NCBI RefSeq assembly: GCF_001194135.2
Contig: NC_068993.1
Location: 50,023,277-50,086,653 of the forward strand
DNA: 63,377 bases
From: Octopus bimaculoides
Taxonomy: Eukaryota
Direction: 5' to 3'
Shown: positions 11,417 to 24,020 of the stretch, one piece after another
Numbering within the stretch: position 1 is the first letter of the stretch
Layout of the letters: each line of letters begins with the position of its first letter
Notes under the pieces: model-generated
Told to the model about the DNA's origin: nothing
Database searches by the model: none
What the model saw: the letters and a program-made list of their open reading frames with translations, nothing else
Made by a program: the position numbers and the translations under genes

Positions 11417-13009
11417 TCTAGAAAGAAGAAAGTTTAAGTGTATAAAGTTGTGCAGTAAAGCTTTGTTTTTGTTTCCAAAAGAATGTAAGCTTCTTTGTTG
11501 TGTACATCATTTTCTCTTGAATTAGAGAACTAATAAAAAAAAATAATTCTGTTCATTATTCTATTGCATTGCACAACATCTCTCAAAGGATTACGAAAAA
11601 ATGGGTTTGCAGAAGAGCTTATGATGATAGGCATAGAAGGTTACATTTGTTTTCAAACGTTATTAGCTGACTTTTGTCTTTTGTTTGTCTCTTTTTCCAT
11701 TTTCACCTTACTCTTCTTTGCTCTCTATTATACATCTCGTATTGCTATTTACTTTGGTTTTACTTATATTCCTTTTTTCTTTTTCTCTCTTGCTTACATT
11801 TTCTCTCTCTTTCTTGCTCTCTCTCTCCCTGTTTTTTCTGCTCTCTGCTCTCTCTCTCTCTCTCTCTCTTGGGTTTCTGTGACAAGCAGTTAATTGCACT
11901 TACCTCCGAAGGCCTGTAGAATATCATTCAAAAGGAATTCAAAGATAACATATTGTGAATGTAAGAGTAAGAAACTTGCCTTGAGGCCCCAGCTTCAAAT
12001 GGAGACCTGTCATTGCACAGTAAAGAGGTGAACTAGGAGAAAAGGGCCGTAACTCTGTAACCTCCCCTTCTACCTTTTTTGGGGTTTATCTTTGACATCT
12101 TTGTAACCAACTCTGCTATTTCATCTTATATCCCTGTAAGACAGAAATGTAGATGATGAGCTAAATAATGGAATACTTTTATGGAATTCCATCTTTTGCA
12201 AAAGAATCTTCTTTGCTAGATTTTTTTTTTATATTTTGTTTTCTAGTATTTTGTTTCCTTTTTATGTTGTCAACTTTTTTAAAATGGATTAAACCACTTG
12301 TAATTGCTACCATGGTTTTTCTAAAAAAAAGCTAAATCGAGCACCTCCTACAGTTTACCAGTATTTTTCTTCCTTGTTTTGTATCCATATATCTATTTAT
12401 CTAGTAGTTCTTCAGTTCTCTTTGAAGAATTCTACTTGAGGCAAATAAGCTAAGATGCAGGTATCATGAAAGTTTGCTAATCTGAGTGTATCAAAACTAC
12501 AGATCGTATTTTATAAACACCTGTGCTGTCCATCTGGAAATATTTCCGATGCTTAAGTTGAGATTTTCTTCTCATGAATAAAATCAGTATTTTTTTTTTA
12601 AATTACCTAAAAATAATAAAAAAAAGCTGTTTTACTTTTTAGAAAGTCTATTTATTTATTTCTCAATTTTTAATTCATTGACATGATATTTTTTTTTTAT
12701 AATTCTTTCTTTACATCTATTTTATTTATTTATTTTTTACCTCCTCTATTTCCTGTTAGTTTATTTATTTCTCACTTTGTCTTTTCTCATCTTTCATCTC
12801 TCCATTTTCTATTATTAAAAGCTCCACTGAGGTTAGAACTAGAATATATATCATAAAACAAACAACCAAACCAAAAAACTACTACACACGTTTAACATGG
12901 AGAAAAATAAACATAAAAACCTCAAATTCATACTAAAATTTTGATAAAAATATTGTTGTTATCAATCTCAACATACCTTTGAATTCTTTAACTGGTTCTC
13001 AAAGTTATT

Positions 13010-13180
13010 ATTTAACCCCAGGTTAGTTTGATCAAAAGCTTTCCACCTGTTACCATTGTATCTTACTTTCAGGGATAATGTATCTAGAACTATGTTATGC
13101 AATGTGCCTTTTTGTTTGTTTGTTTTTTTTAAATGGCACAGTGTGATTTAATAACGATGTAACTGCTGTTTGCTGCTAAT
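13010..13180 (+). mobile_element. Dispersed repeat family E (further decayed copies near 9720-9840, 24580-24760, 29085-29270, 30470-30720, 31255-31345, 38455-38620, 52420-52580)
   Basis: Recurrent TTTAACCCCAG..GATCAAA..CCAG..ACCAT..TATCTAG..ACTA..GTGTGATTT..GCTGCT motif order in both orientations. Confidence 0.6.
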
Positions 13181-13260
13181 TGAATGATTGCATATAAGTT
13201 TCTTCATTGGCTTGTGTTTCTTGAACACACACACACACACACACATGCACACACACACAT

Positions 13261-13705
13261 CATCGTTGTTCTAACATCCACTTTTCTATGCTTGTAAAAG
13301 CTAGATAAAATGCATTGAGGCAAATTTTCTACAGGGAGTTGTTCATCCGGTTGCCAACTTTCAAAACAATGAACATTTCCTCAGTCCTTTAAACATGAAC
13401 AGCACAACAACCAGACATATTACCTTTGAATATTGTAAACAAACGACACCACTTCTATGACGGTGACATTTGTTTACAATTAATATATAATATCAAGACA
13501 AGGAAATACAAGCACCCATACACACACACACACACACACACACACATTTGGGCTTTTTTCAGTTTCTCTCGACTACCAAATCCTTATTCATAAGGTTTTG
13601 GAAAGCCATGGACTATAGAAGACACTTGCTCAAAATACCACCCTATGGGATTCAGTCTGAAATCACATGGTCGCAAAGCAAACTTTGTAACCACTTAGGT
13701 TCCAT
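13261..13705 (-). mobile_element. Composite SINE head A + (CA)n + tail B
   Basis: Reverse complement of head (ATAGAAGACACTTGCTCAA, AAAGCAAACTTT) and tail (TAACATCCACTTTTCTATGCTTG). Confidence 0.7.
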
Positions 13706-13734
13706 GTGTATACACAGACATTCACATACACACA

Positions 13735-13773
<39 letters not shown>

Positions 13774-14081
13774 TTTTTAAGCAACTTAGTACTTCCTTAA
13801 ATGACTAAACATCTGAGACAACTCATTTATAAGATTATGTTTTTAGACTATTAGCCACGTCTTTAGATATTTAAAAATTTAGATATAAATTTAAAAATTT
13901 TAGTCTGCTCTTAAAAAGGATATTAATAACCCAAAATATTATAATCTTCTGGTGTTTCTTAACGTCTAAAGATACAGTAGCTTTGGTTTAAAGTTAAATT
14001 TTCATCATCAATAAAAACAGTAAACTGCAGACAGAAGACAAACCTGAAGGAATTGTTTCCATCAAGCTACTTCTTACTTAC

Positions 14082-14175
14082 CACTGTTAGCCACAGCATC
14101 AGTTACACCATGTTGATCTCAGTAAGGTAAAGCATAGCAATCTGTGCCATAAGAGGCTCTGCATCTCTCATCATA
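14082..14175 (-). other. Exon-like cassette with strong splice sites; stops in all three frames
   Basis: Acceptor T15-CAAATAG, donor GTG|GTAAGT; 94 nt. Confidence 0.3.
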
Positions 14176-14182
14176 CTATTTG

Positions 14183-14213
<31 letters not shown>

Positions 14214-15772
14214 TATATGTATATGTATATATATATACTCTTTCTTTGTTAGTTTTATTTTGCATTTATCAGCTAGGTTATTAATCCAACTGCCCAGCTA
14301 TCCCCTGGGTGCAATTTATTTCAACATATTACCATTATCCACTCTGTAAGCCTGTACTCAGATACTGTAGTGTCTGCTACACTTCCTGGTTTATTTTCCC
14401 CTGAGACTCTAAGCATCTGAAGCAGACTACTCTTCAGCCCATATGTGTGCACACAAACAGATACAACTTTTCAGATTCTTAGAAACTGCATCCAGTGAAA
14501 GAGAAAACTTTAGCTCTGATCCTCACAGAAGTCTCTCTCTCTCTTTCTCTCTTTTTCATATTATTATCATCATCATCTTTTAATGTACATCTTCCATGCT
14601 GGCATGAGAGAGAGAGAGAGGCTTGCGCAAACATGCACGTAAACACACGTGTGTACATGTTAGTTTTGTATTTACCCCACTTTCGAATGAAATCTTGGCA
14701 AATGACTCAATTAATAAATGACTGGATTTATCTACATTATAGAGGCTTCAGGTATCTTTTAAGTATTTACTTTCTAATAGAAAACTGCAGAAGTTGTATA
14801 GTAGTAGAGTACAACAGTGAGTACCTTTTGAAGTATTAATTCTAAAAGGAAAGCTTTACCTCTCTCCTCTTAGTATATTTAGTTAACTAACTGCCAGGTA
14901 TTTATCAGGTGTAGGTTTGATTGTGTGGGAAATTTGTTGGGATTTAAAAAATTTTTTTATTTATCCAAAGTAGTGAAGTAATTTTTACTTTATAGCATTG
15001 GGTAATCTTTGCTGCTTCAATTATTTTGACCATTTTCAAAACAAAAAAAGAGAGATATTTGCTAAAGGATTCTTCATGTCTTTGAACACATAATGCACTT
15101 TCAATTTTTCTCCCTTTCTCCAAAGAAAACATTTCTCTTATATAAAGCCAAGTTTTGGATGTATGATATTAGTATGGATAAAACAACAAAGGTGTAATAT
15201 GAGTGTTTTTACCAAAGGATTACGGTATTTGTAGTGAAAAATATTGACTACAAAGGAGACAAAATTCAGATTAAAATCTGGCCAAAATCAGCCAGATGAA
15301 GTGAACAGTAATCTAAAAACAAAACCAAAGTTATTGATCTGTCTCCAACACCTCAGTGTACAGAGAGAACAAAGCACAAAGGCTTGAAATTAATTATAAA
15401 ACCCATAATTACAGAATAAATGTCTCCAGCACTAATCAATTTGATAATGATGTAATTTATACAATTTTCTGTCCTCCTGCAAGAGAAAATGATTCAGTAA
15501 TACATACACATATATATATAAACATACACATATATACACGCAAACATACCTGTACACAGAAGTCTGTGCGCAATTATATATTTGTTATGTAAAACTGGGT
15601 ATGTTTATGAGTAACCCTGTGTTTATATATGTGTATACTCTCTTTCTATGTGTATGTATGTATGTATGTATGTATGTTTGTACATATGTATGCATAGGTG
15701 TGGGTGAATATATCTATATTCTTGTCTATATATGTGCATATGATGTCTGTAAATTTGATTGTCTGTACAAAT

Positions 15773-15804
<32 letters not shown>

Positions 15805-15821
15805 TTATATACACACATACT

Positions 15822-15870
<49 letters not shown>

Positions 15871-16049
15871 GTGTGTGTGTGTGTTAGAAAACAAAACAGA
15901 ATAAAAATGTGCTGTTGGAAACAACTTCTACCTTTTTACTTTGTTTATATTTTTATCTCTGATTCCACCATAATATGATGTTAACTCTTAATAAATTGAA
16001 ACTGATGAAGTAGGATCTCTGAGACAATCTAATTAATAACAATAACTAC

Positions 16050-16090
16050 TACTAGTAATAATGATAATAATGATGATAATAATAATAGTA

Positions 16091-16145
<55 letters not shown>
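16050..16145. repeat. (AAT)n microsatellite
   Basis: Direct inspection. Confidence 0.95.
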
Positions 16146-17169
16146 CAGCAACAGAATAAGGTTTATAGATTATTGAGACGTTTCCAAGTTTCTGGGAGAG
16201 CTGAAGAATCAATTACTATATAACAGATGACATACATAGATTTCGATTAACATTTTGTTACATTTCTGTAGCTACATTTTATTGCTTTTTATACTCCTAT
16301 TTTTTTAATAATTCATTTGTGTATGTACGTGTGTGTGTGTTTAACAAAAAAATATGAACATAATATTATACACACATGCACACACAAAATAAAAAAATTT
16401 AATACATTAATATTATATATACATATATGCACAAATACACACATGCTCACATATATATCTCAAAAATATTAACATACAAGTGTGTGTCTTTACTTATATC
16501 TCATGCGATTTTTGTAACGTCTGTTTTCCTATGCTAACATGGTTTACGCAGGGAACATATCTGAGGTATGATTTTTTTTAAGGCCAAATGCAATCCCTGC
16601 TGCCAGCCTTTAGCTGTTTTCAAGTAAGGAATAGTTCTTTTTTTTTTCATTTCAGAGGATTTTGAAAGTGTTGAACCAGTAGACAGTCTGTAGATAGGAA
16701 ATGTCAGCAAATATCACCAGTTGCAGCCCAGTTGCAAATGATGACATCATCACCTGTAGCTATGCTGCAAATGGTGTCAATATCATTTGTAGCTGTAGCT
16801 CAATGTAGATCATAAACACTCATATACACTCACTCAACACATATGAATGGTATCTTCCAGTTTCCATCTATCAAATTCCTAGTAGTGGGACTGAACATAA
16901 AAACCATGTGGTTGGAAAGGAAACTTTGTTATCACACCTGTAATAGTAAAAAATTCTTGGAAGAGCTAAACAGCAGAAGCTCTTCAGAGGCGGGCCCCGA
17001 CCACATCCAGGCTATGACTCCAAATTACCCCTCTGCTGCTACATTTTGTGTTATTGTCTGCATAACCACCCTTGATAGTTAAGATATCCCAGGTCCAAGG
17101 TACCTTGGGTGTTGGAACTAGTTCAGTTGAAGACACCAGCTGAGTGTGGGGTTAATTATGCCTTTTGAA

Positions 17170-17340
17170 ATTCCCTTCCATTCCTTCTTGACCAGATGCA
17201 GCTGGAACTCCTCTCGGCTGCTTCTGCCTTTTGCCTTAAGAGCTCTGGTTCTCTTTCTCCCAGAAACTGAGAGCTGCTTTGTGAGGTCATATGCAAATTT
17301 GCCAACAAACCCTCTCAGACCCATGTCCATGCATATGGAT
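17170..17340 (-). mobile_element. Decayed C-terminus of a HERO-like RLE non-LTR retrotransposon
   Basis: GLRGFVGKFAYDLTKQLSVSGRKRTRALKA, then after a 1-nt shift AEAAERSSSCIWSRRN; matches the recalled HERO C-terminal motif EVGCRGF..GRKRRRAIKA..EAAEKASRWLWLKR. Confidence 0.72.
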
Positions 17341-17773
17341 GTGAGTGTATTAAAATATGGTTATTATTTTAAAGAAATCTAATTGTCATGCTCACAGTAA
17401 CCTGGGAAAACTTTTTTACTCTTTCTCACTCCAGCTTATCTTCTACAAATGCCTATTTCATCTACCCACTCTATTGGTACATATTGCCAAGAACAAATGG
17501 AAACGATGTTGAACTTTGAGGATCCTTTTGTTTTGTGGGATACAAAGCAACTTCACTAATACTGATGCCATGATAAAATGCATCCGATATTCTCTGCTAA
17601 AGTGGTTGGTAAGCAAAGACCATGCAAAGACATAAGGGTCCTTTTTGAGAACACGACAACCTTTCTTATAGTGATACCTGATACACAATACCCAGTACAC
17701 TTTGTAGAGTGGTTGGTTTTAGGAAGGGCATCCAGTTGTAGAAACATTTTCAAAAACAAAAGCATGAGCAAGT

Positions 17774-17810
<37 letters not shown>

Positions 17811-19424
17811 TACAGAAATATACACATACTCATATATGCAAGTACATAAGCTATTTAATTATTGGTTCATCCATTTTTCTGCATATGGGAGTAAGGCATG
17901 CTAAAATTGTTTCGTGTGTGTATGTATGAATTTCAATACTTTTCTTCTATGCTAACATAACATTCTCTCTCTCTCTCTCTTTGACCACTGTATGCTGTTT
18001 AATCAAAGGCTAATATCTGCTTCACCATAGTTATATATCATTTACCCACCTTTATTAGTTGACTATATGTTCTAAATGACACTATATTTATAAAGTCACA
18101 TTTTGTCTTGTTTCTGTCCCTTTCCTCTCTGTGTTTCATATATGTGTGGATTAAAGCACCGACAGAAGTGCTGCTCATGAAATATTTTTGTTCTTTGAAC
18201 TTGTGACTTGTTACTTGCTTATCATTAATGTGTTTGATCCCCTGTTTTGCTCCATTTACTAATGATGCGATGAAAATAATACGATATGATGAACCATTGG
18301 CAATACTTATACCACAAAACGTTCTGTGCTTTTCTTTCTCTCTCCCTCTCTCTTACCTACTTACAATGGTGCTTATATATGCATATATAAATAACCAAAG
18401 TATAAGTGTGACTATGTTTATAATATACATATGTGGTGTGTGTGTGTGATCGTGTGTGCATGTGTCCTCACACAAATGAAAGCACTCATTCACATGTATT
18501 TACATATTCACAAACACACGTACATATGCACACACATCTAAAGTTATGCCCATGCTTGCAAAATAATACATGTACACACACACATAATTAGACTATTTTA
18601 TAAAAAGGCTAAGACAACAAAGTTAATAGAAACATACATGCGTGTGCACAATTTACATACGCAAAACAAAAACATGAGCTCTCCTTAAACTCGCAGGATG
18701 TGCACACACACACTCAAATAAATACACATGCACATATACACATGTACACATATACACACAAAATACTAAGCTATCAGTGACTATGCTTTGAACATGTTTT
18801 AGAGTTGTGCCTTTTATTACAAGTTTTTGGTCCTCTTGTTCTGCTAAATCTTTTGGTTGTTGTTGCTGTTTTTATAACATTTCTAGCAATGATGCAATGA
18901 TGTTGATTATGGTGGCGGTTGTGGTGGTTGTGTTGCCAACTTTGTATATATATGGAGTGGGAGAAGGCACCAGTTGTAAGGTCGATATTATTTGAAGCCT
19001 GTTGCTGTTTCTGTTGTAGTGGTTTTTGTTGCTATTTGTTGTTGTTGTTGTTGGCCATTACATCATAATTCAAGATGTTCTGTTTCTTCCTCTCTTTTTC
19101 ATATTCTTCCATCTTTGCACTTAGTACACAACCATGCAACCAACAGTAAACTATGCCACTTTGATCACCTGCAATGTGTCAAGGCTAAAACTCATTTATT
19201 CCAAAACATAAAATATGAGGGGGAGAGAAAAATACCTTCCATACACACACACACACATAGGCATGTACACACATATACATACACACACACACATATACAT
19301 ACACACATATACCCAGATACACACATATATATATATATACATACACAAAGATACACAAATACATACTCTCAAGCTAGCTTTATTGACAACAGTAGTAAGT
19401 CTTCTGCAAAGACATATATAAAGA

Positions 19425-20004
19425 TGGCAATTATGTGGACAAACAAATTAGATATATTAAATATAATGGTTTGGGTATGAAACACAAATATATATGTGTA
19501 TGTATACATGCAAAATGTGAGAACACAAAAAGTGGAGACTTTCAGACAATGATTATTTAAGTATAAATATATAGATGATTATTTTAATAGATCCAATTTA
19601 TACAGAGTACAAACAACATCTTTGAACTTCTCTGCATTAAGATCTGAAATGTAAGATCTTTTCTACCCTGATGATGAAGGCTCGTAATATCCAATGTTGA
19701 TTGCTTCCATTATGACCACATATTGTGATTAACTACATATACCAACATTATGATAAATCTCTCAGAAACAGCTGTTGGATATAACACCTTTCTTCTGCTC
19801 CTTTAATCTTCTGTTCTTTGTACTCTGTGTAAATTGGATCTATTAATATAAATATCTATATATTTATACTTAAATATTCATTGTCTGAAAGTTTCCACTT
19901 TTTGCTTTCTCTCGTTTTGCATGTATACATATATACATATTTTACATTTCATATCCAAACTGTTATATTTAATATATCTAAGTTGTTTATCCACATAATT
20001 GCCT
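19425..20004. mobile_element. Foldback-like element with about 195-bp inverted arms and about 190-bp spacer
   Basis: 19425-19618 is the reverse complement of 19812-20004 (roughly 80-90% by eye), e.g. CTTTCAGACAATGA.TATTTAAGTATAAATATATAGAT. Confidence 0.8.
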
Positions 20005-20324
20005 CTATATCTGCTCAACTTGATCCCTCTTATAGACACTCTTTACCCCATGAAATTGATTCCCAGTAAAGACATTGGAGTCTAAGTTTGAATCATTTAG
20101 GTACTACTAAGTGTCTTCTATACTAAAAATCACTGGATCTCATCTATCGACTTTTTCTTGAACCATTGTCCCTATTGAAACTTAAACCATTGAAAATTAT
20201 TCTCCACTTTTATCAGTCTTGACCTATGCTCTCAAGTTAATCCCAAATTTAACTCCACTTCTTTGGAATCAGCATGTGGGATCCTTCTCAAGTAATTCTT
20301 GGTTAACTTCACTAATTTTCTTGA

Positions 20325-20480
20325 GGATTCCATTAGACCTCACCCTCATGCCTCCCAGACACTGCATAAAACACTTTACCCAGTCCTTCCTCCAGAATAA
20401 TGCAACCCTCTGGAATTCTGTCTTTTCCTGAAAACATCAATCTACAATGTTCAAACTAGGCATCATTCCTGCATTAATCT
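20325..20480 (+). mobile_element. 3' end relic of a CR1-group LINE
   Basis: PRHCIKHFTQSFLQNNATLWNS, then after a shift VFPENINLQ; resembles consensus RTKHYSNSFFPRTATLWNSLP..VFP..NLQ.FK. Confidence 0.65.
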
Positions 20481-20966
20481 CACCTAACTGGGTTGTCTTA
20501 CAGAGGTCAAGGGCACCAATTCTTCTTTCTCTGACTCACTTTAAAAACAAACAAAACCTAAACTAAATGTATTTAATTTATCAATGTCAAAGTTGCTAAT
20601 TGACTGTTCCCTCTCTCACAAATATGTGCCCTTGAACCTTTTTTTAAGGAATCAATTTATCCGTGTGAAAATCTTCCTAAATATATTTTAAGTCAGAGAA
20701 CCACAGTTTAAAACTGGTTACTGTTAAATACCAATTCCACTGCTCATGTATATCTACACTGAATCGACATTATGTTGCAATGTTCTTGTTTTTAGGAAAG
20801 TTTAATACAATTCTCCAAGATTTTCCAGTGAAACAGAAAGGCATTAGCTACAAATTTGATGTAAAACGATATATAATGTAGTGAATGGGAAGGATTTCAA
20901 CAAGAAATTTAACTCTGGTCACAGACACTTCATGTACTTCATACATATATATGTAAGTGCTTACAT

Positions 20967-21027
<61 letters not shown>

Positions 21028-21860
21028 AAAACAAATAGTAAATGAGTATATGCATATATACGTACAGGTATGTGCATACCGACATCCACCTGTATGTATA
21101 TATATGGAGTGGGAGAAGGCACCAGTTGTTGTTGGCCATTACATCATAATTCAAGATGTTCTGTTTCTTCCTCTCTTTTTCATATTCTGGGTACAGGACA
21201 TTGCAAACAAAACGTAGACGAGAAAACACACAAGCCACATAGAGAACATTCTCCTTCATACATACACATACATACATATGTGGGTGTATGTATACATATG
21301 CACATATATGACAGATGAATTAGAATATAGAGAGCTATGTTCTGATACAAGCATGGATGCAGATACACACCTAAAATATTTAGAATATGATGGATAGAGC
21401 TCACCAAAAGTAAATAACTTTATGAGATTTCATTGACTTATAAATAGATTTTCTGTGGTGGTTTAGGAGAAAGTAGGTGTGGTTCTTCTGCTGGAAGTTA
21501 ACATATTTGTACTTCCAATTTCTTTTTTTATTATATATGTTGTTATTGAAAAAGATGGAACTATTTTCTTTCCATTTTTTAAAAATATTTTGTAGTGGTG
21601 GTGGTGAGTGGGACTAATGATACTTTTTTACCCTTTTCTCCTCCCATCGGCGTTTTCATTAATGAAGATTTCCGCAGTCGTTTTACTGGATGCTATTTAT
21701 AATTATTTAATAACTAATTACTTTGTGATATGTTGCACCTTTAACCCACACTTACAAACCATCATCAGGGAACGCACATGCACATGAACAGGCATATATG
21801 CATACATATTCGTCACAGTGAACGTCTACATGCATGCATACACATTCACACACAAAGATA

Positions 21861-21898
<38 letters not shown>

Positions 21899-22657
21899 AA
21901 GCAGACACATGTATATGCATACAGCTTGATAATTATATATGTTAGTTTTTAAAAGAAAATTAAAGAAAAAAGAAACAATGATTATAAGAAAATAAAAATA
22001 ATGGAATAAAATGAAATTCAAGCAAAAAGAAAAAAAAAGAATCTTCCTTCCCTCCACCAATCACAGCCAAACTAAAAATGCATTTAATATATATACAATA
22101 TACATAAAAACCAGCAAAGAACAAATCCCTTGCAAAAACCTTATCTCTTGCCCAATAGGCGTGCTGTTATATGCTTTAATGAACCGTTTATGTTTTACTA
22201 TTATAATTACACGTCTCGCATGCTGCACCACCGTATGCAGCTATTCCATTTTAATGTCCTTGTACTGAGGCCCAATCATAGAATGAATGCACAACACTCT
22301 GTGTTTATATTGTTAAAAACAGGAAAGAAAATTTAAAACAACAATGACAACAAAAATAACAATTAGTTCAATAGGCTTATAGCTTAATTATGCACACATG
22401 TATGCAAATGTTCGTTCGTTGTATGTGTGTTTATAAATTGCAGACACATTCGTAGATAAATCCACACATGTGTACATCAAGACAAAATATGTGCATATTG
22501 TTATTTTATTTCTGTCTTTCCTTATTATGTAGGTGTGTGTGTGTGTGTGTGTGAGATCATGCATGGGTGTATAAATGCTACCTTTCTTTATCCTTTCTCT
22601 TGCTCTTGATCAATACAGCAAGGCACTCATATATAACCTGCATTTTATATATATATA

Positions 22658-22699
<42 letters not shown>

Positions 22700-23706
22700 G
22701 AATGTTTGTGTGTATATCATTTCTCTCTGTCTCTCTCTCTATATATGTGTATGTGTGTGTGTGTGTATGCTTTCTTATTCATATACACACATCTCAAGGT
22801 ATTATTAGGTATTTGTATTTAATTAATATATCTATANNNNNNNNNNNNNNNNNNNNNNNNNNNNNNNNNNNNNNNNNNNNNNNNNNNNNNNNNNNNNNNN
22901 NNNNNNNNNNNNNNNNNNNNNNNNNNNNNNNNNNNNNNNNNNNNNNNNNNNNNNNNNNNNNNNNNNNNNNNNNNNNNNNNNNNNNNNNNNNNNNNNNNNN
23001 NNNNNNNNNNNNNNNNNNNNNNNNNNNNNNNNNNNNNNNNNNTATATATATATATAAAGAGAGAGAGAGCTAGAGAGAGAGATATACATATATATATATA
23101 TCCAGGAACTTTCCAAAAAGCATACATTGGAATACGTATTAAAGGAATGAGTGATATTGAGCATCATGTATTTTCCATTCTGAATACTCCCACCTCCAAG
23201 GTAAATGAAAGCATTGAAGTTGGAAGATTTGATAATTAATTGATATTGTCGAGATTGAGATCAGCAAGCACATCAGCATTGGTTGTGTCTTGAATATCGC
23301 CTTTAATAATCATCCTTTGTTAATTAAATCTGGGAAGCTAAATTTCATAGAAAACTTTTTTTCTTTCTCAAGAATATCTAGCATTCCTATTTTCCTTACT
23401 TAGGCAATTATTTCCATGTACTTTTCCATAATTATCATCCAAAGTTTTGTAATTCCTCCTTTGTTTCATATCAACTGATGTTTTATCAGTGATGACAACC
23501 ACGATCATGATAATGGTAACAAGGCAGGGCAGACTTGTGATGCTTTATAACATGTAGGATGAGAATAGAATGATGAAGAAATAAATTTTAATAACGAAGA
23601 AGAATTTGTTAGAATCTAAGTAACTTCACATTGACTCCATGAAGTTTATGGATGCTGACTCCTGTTTCAATGCAAAGCAATATTATTTTAGAATGTTTAT
23701 GTTGAG

Positions 23707-23774
23707 TCCAATATGAACATTTGGATATTTGTTAGACTCCAATATGAACATTTGGATATTTGTTAGACTCCAAT
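23707..23774 (+). repeat. 31-bp tandem duplication
   Basis: TCCAATATGAACATTTGGATATTTGTTAGAC x2 plus TCCAAT. Confidence 0.9.
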
Positions 23775-23834
23775 TTAAACTGATAACTATGTTTTCTTCA
23801 CTGCTTCTCTTTTGGCTGCCATTTAACTCTTGTA

Positions 23835-24020
23835 CAGTGCTCCACAACCAGTATGCCATGGCATACTGGCATGCCATGAGACAATGTTAGGTGCGCTGCA
23901 GTGTGACCTGATTATAATTTTTTTCCCTATACCTTTAGTCATGTTTTTAGTTCAGGTGTGCCGCTAAATTTTGAAAAGAATATAAGTATACTGGAAGCAA
24001 AGAAAGGTTGTGGAGCACTG
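23835..24020. mobile_element. hAT (Charlie-type) MITE
   Basis: Perfect 15-bp TIR CAGTGCTCCACAACC / GGTTGTGGAGCACTG; 8-bp flanks CTCTTGTA / CTCTAGAA (6/8, NTCTAGAN-like); internal palindrome CCAGTATGCCATGGCATACTGG. Confidence 0.85.

Larger units (their letters stand above)
18943..21188 (+). repeat. Local dispersed duplication (18943-19107 copied to 21095-21188 with an internal deletion)
   Basis: TGTATATATATGGAGTGGGAGAAGGCACCAGTTGT and GTTGTTGGCCATTACATCATAATTCAAGATGTTCTGTTTCTTCCTCTCTTTTTCATATTCT are identical at both sites. Confidence 0.9.

Noticed and set aside
12601-12630. Minus-strand T-tract-AG|GTAATT as a second recursive site
   Set aside because: Weak donor, no branch consensus, a nearby upstream AG, and expected by chance in A/T-rich DNA
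14082-14175. In-frame TGA read as selenocysteine (..ALPY*DQHG..)
   Set aside because: No resemblance to a selenoprotein family and no SECIS evidence
17196-17340. Apparent + strand exon (GACCAG..GAT|GTGAGT, one open frame)
   Set aside because: Better explained as the antisense of the HERO-like relic; exonisation is not excluded
22501-22550. Pyrimidine tract-TAG|GTGTGT
   Set aside because: The donor is simply the start of a (GT)n microsatellite
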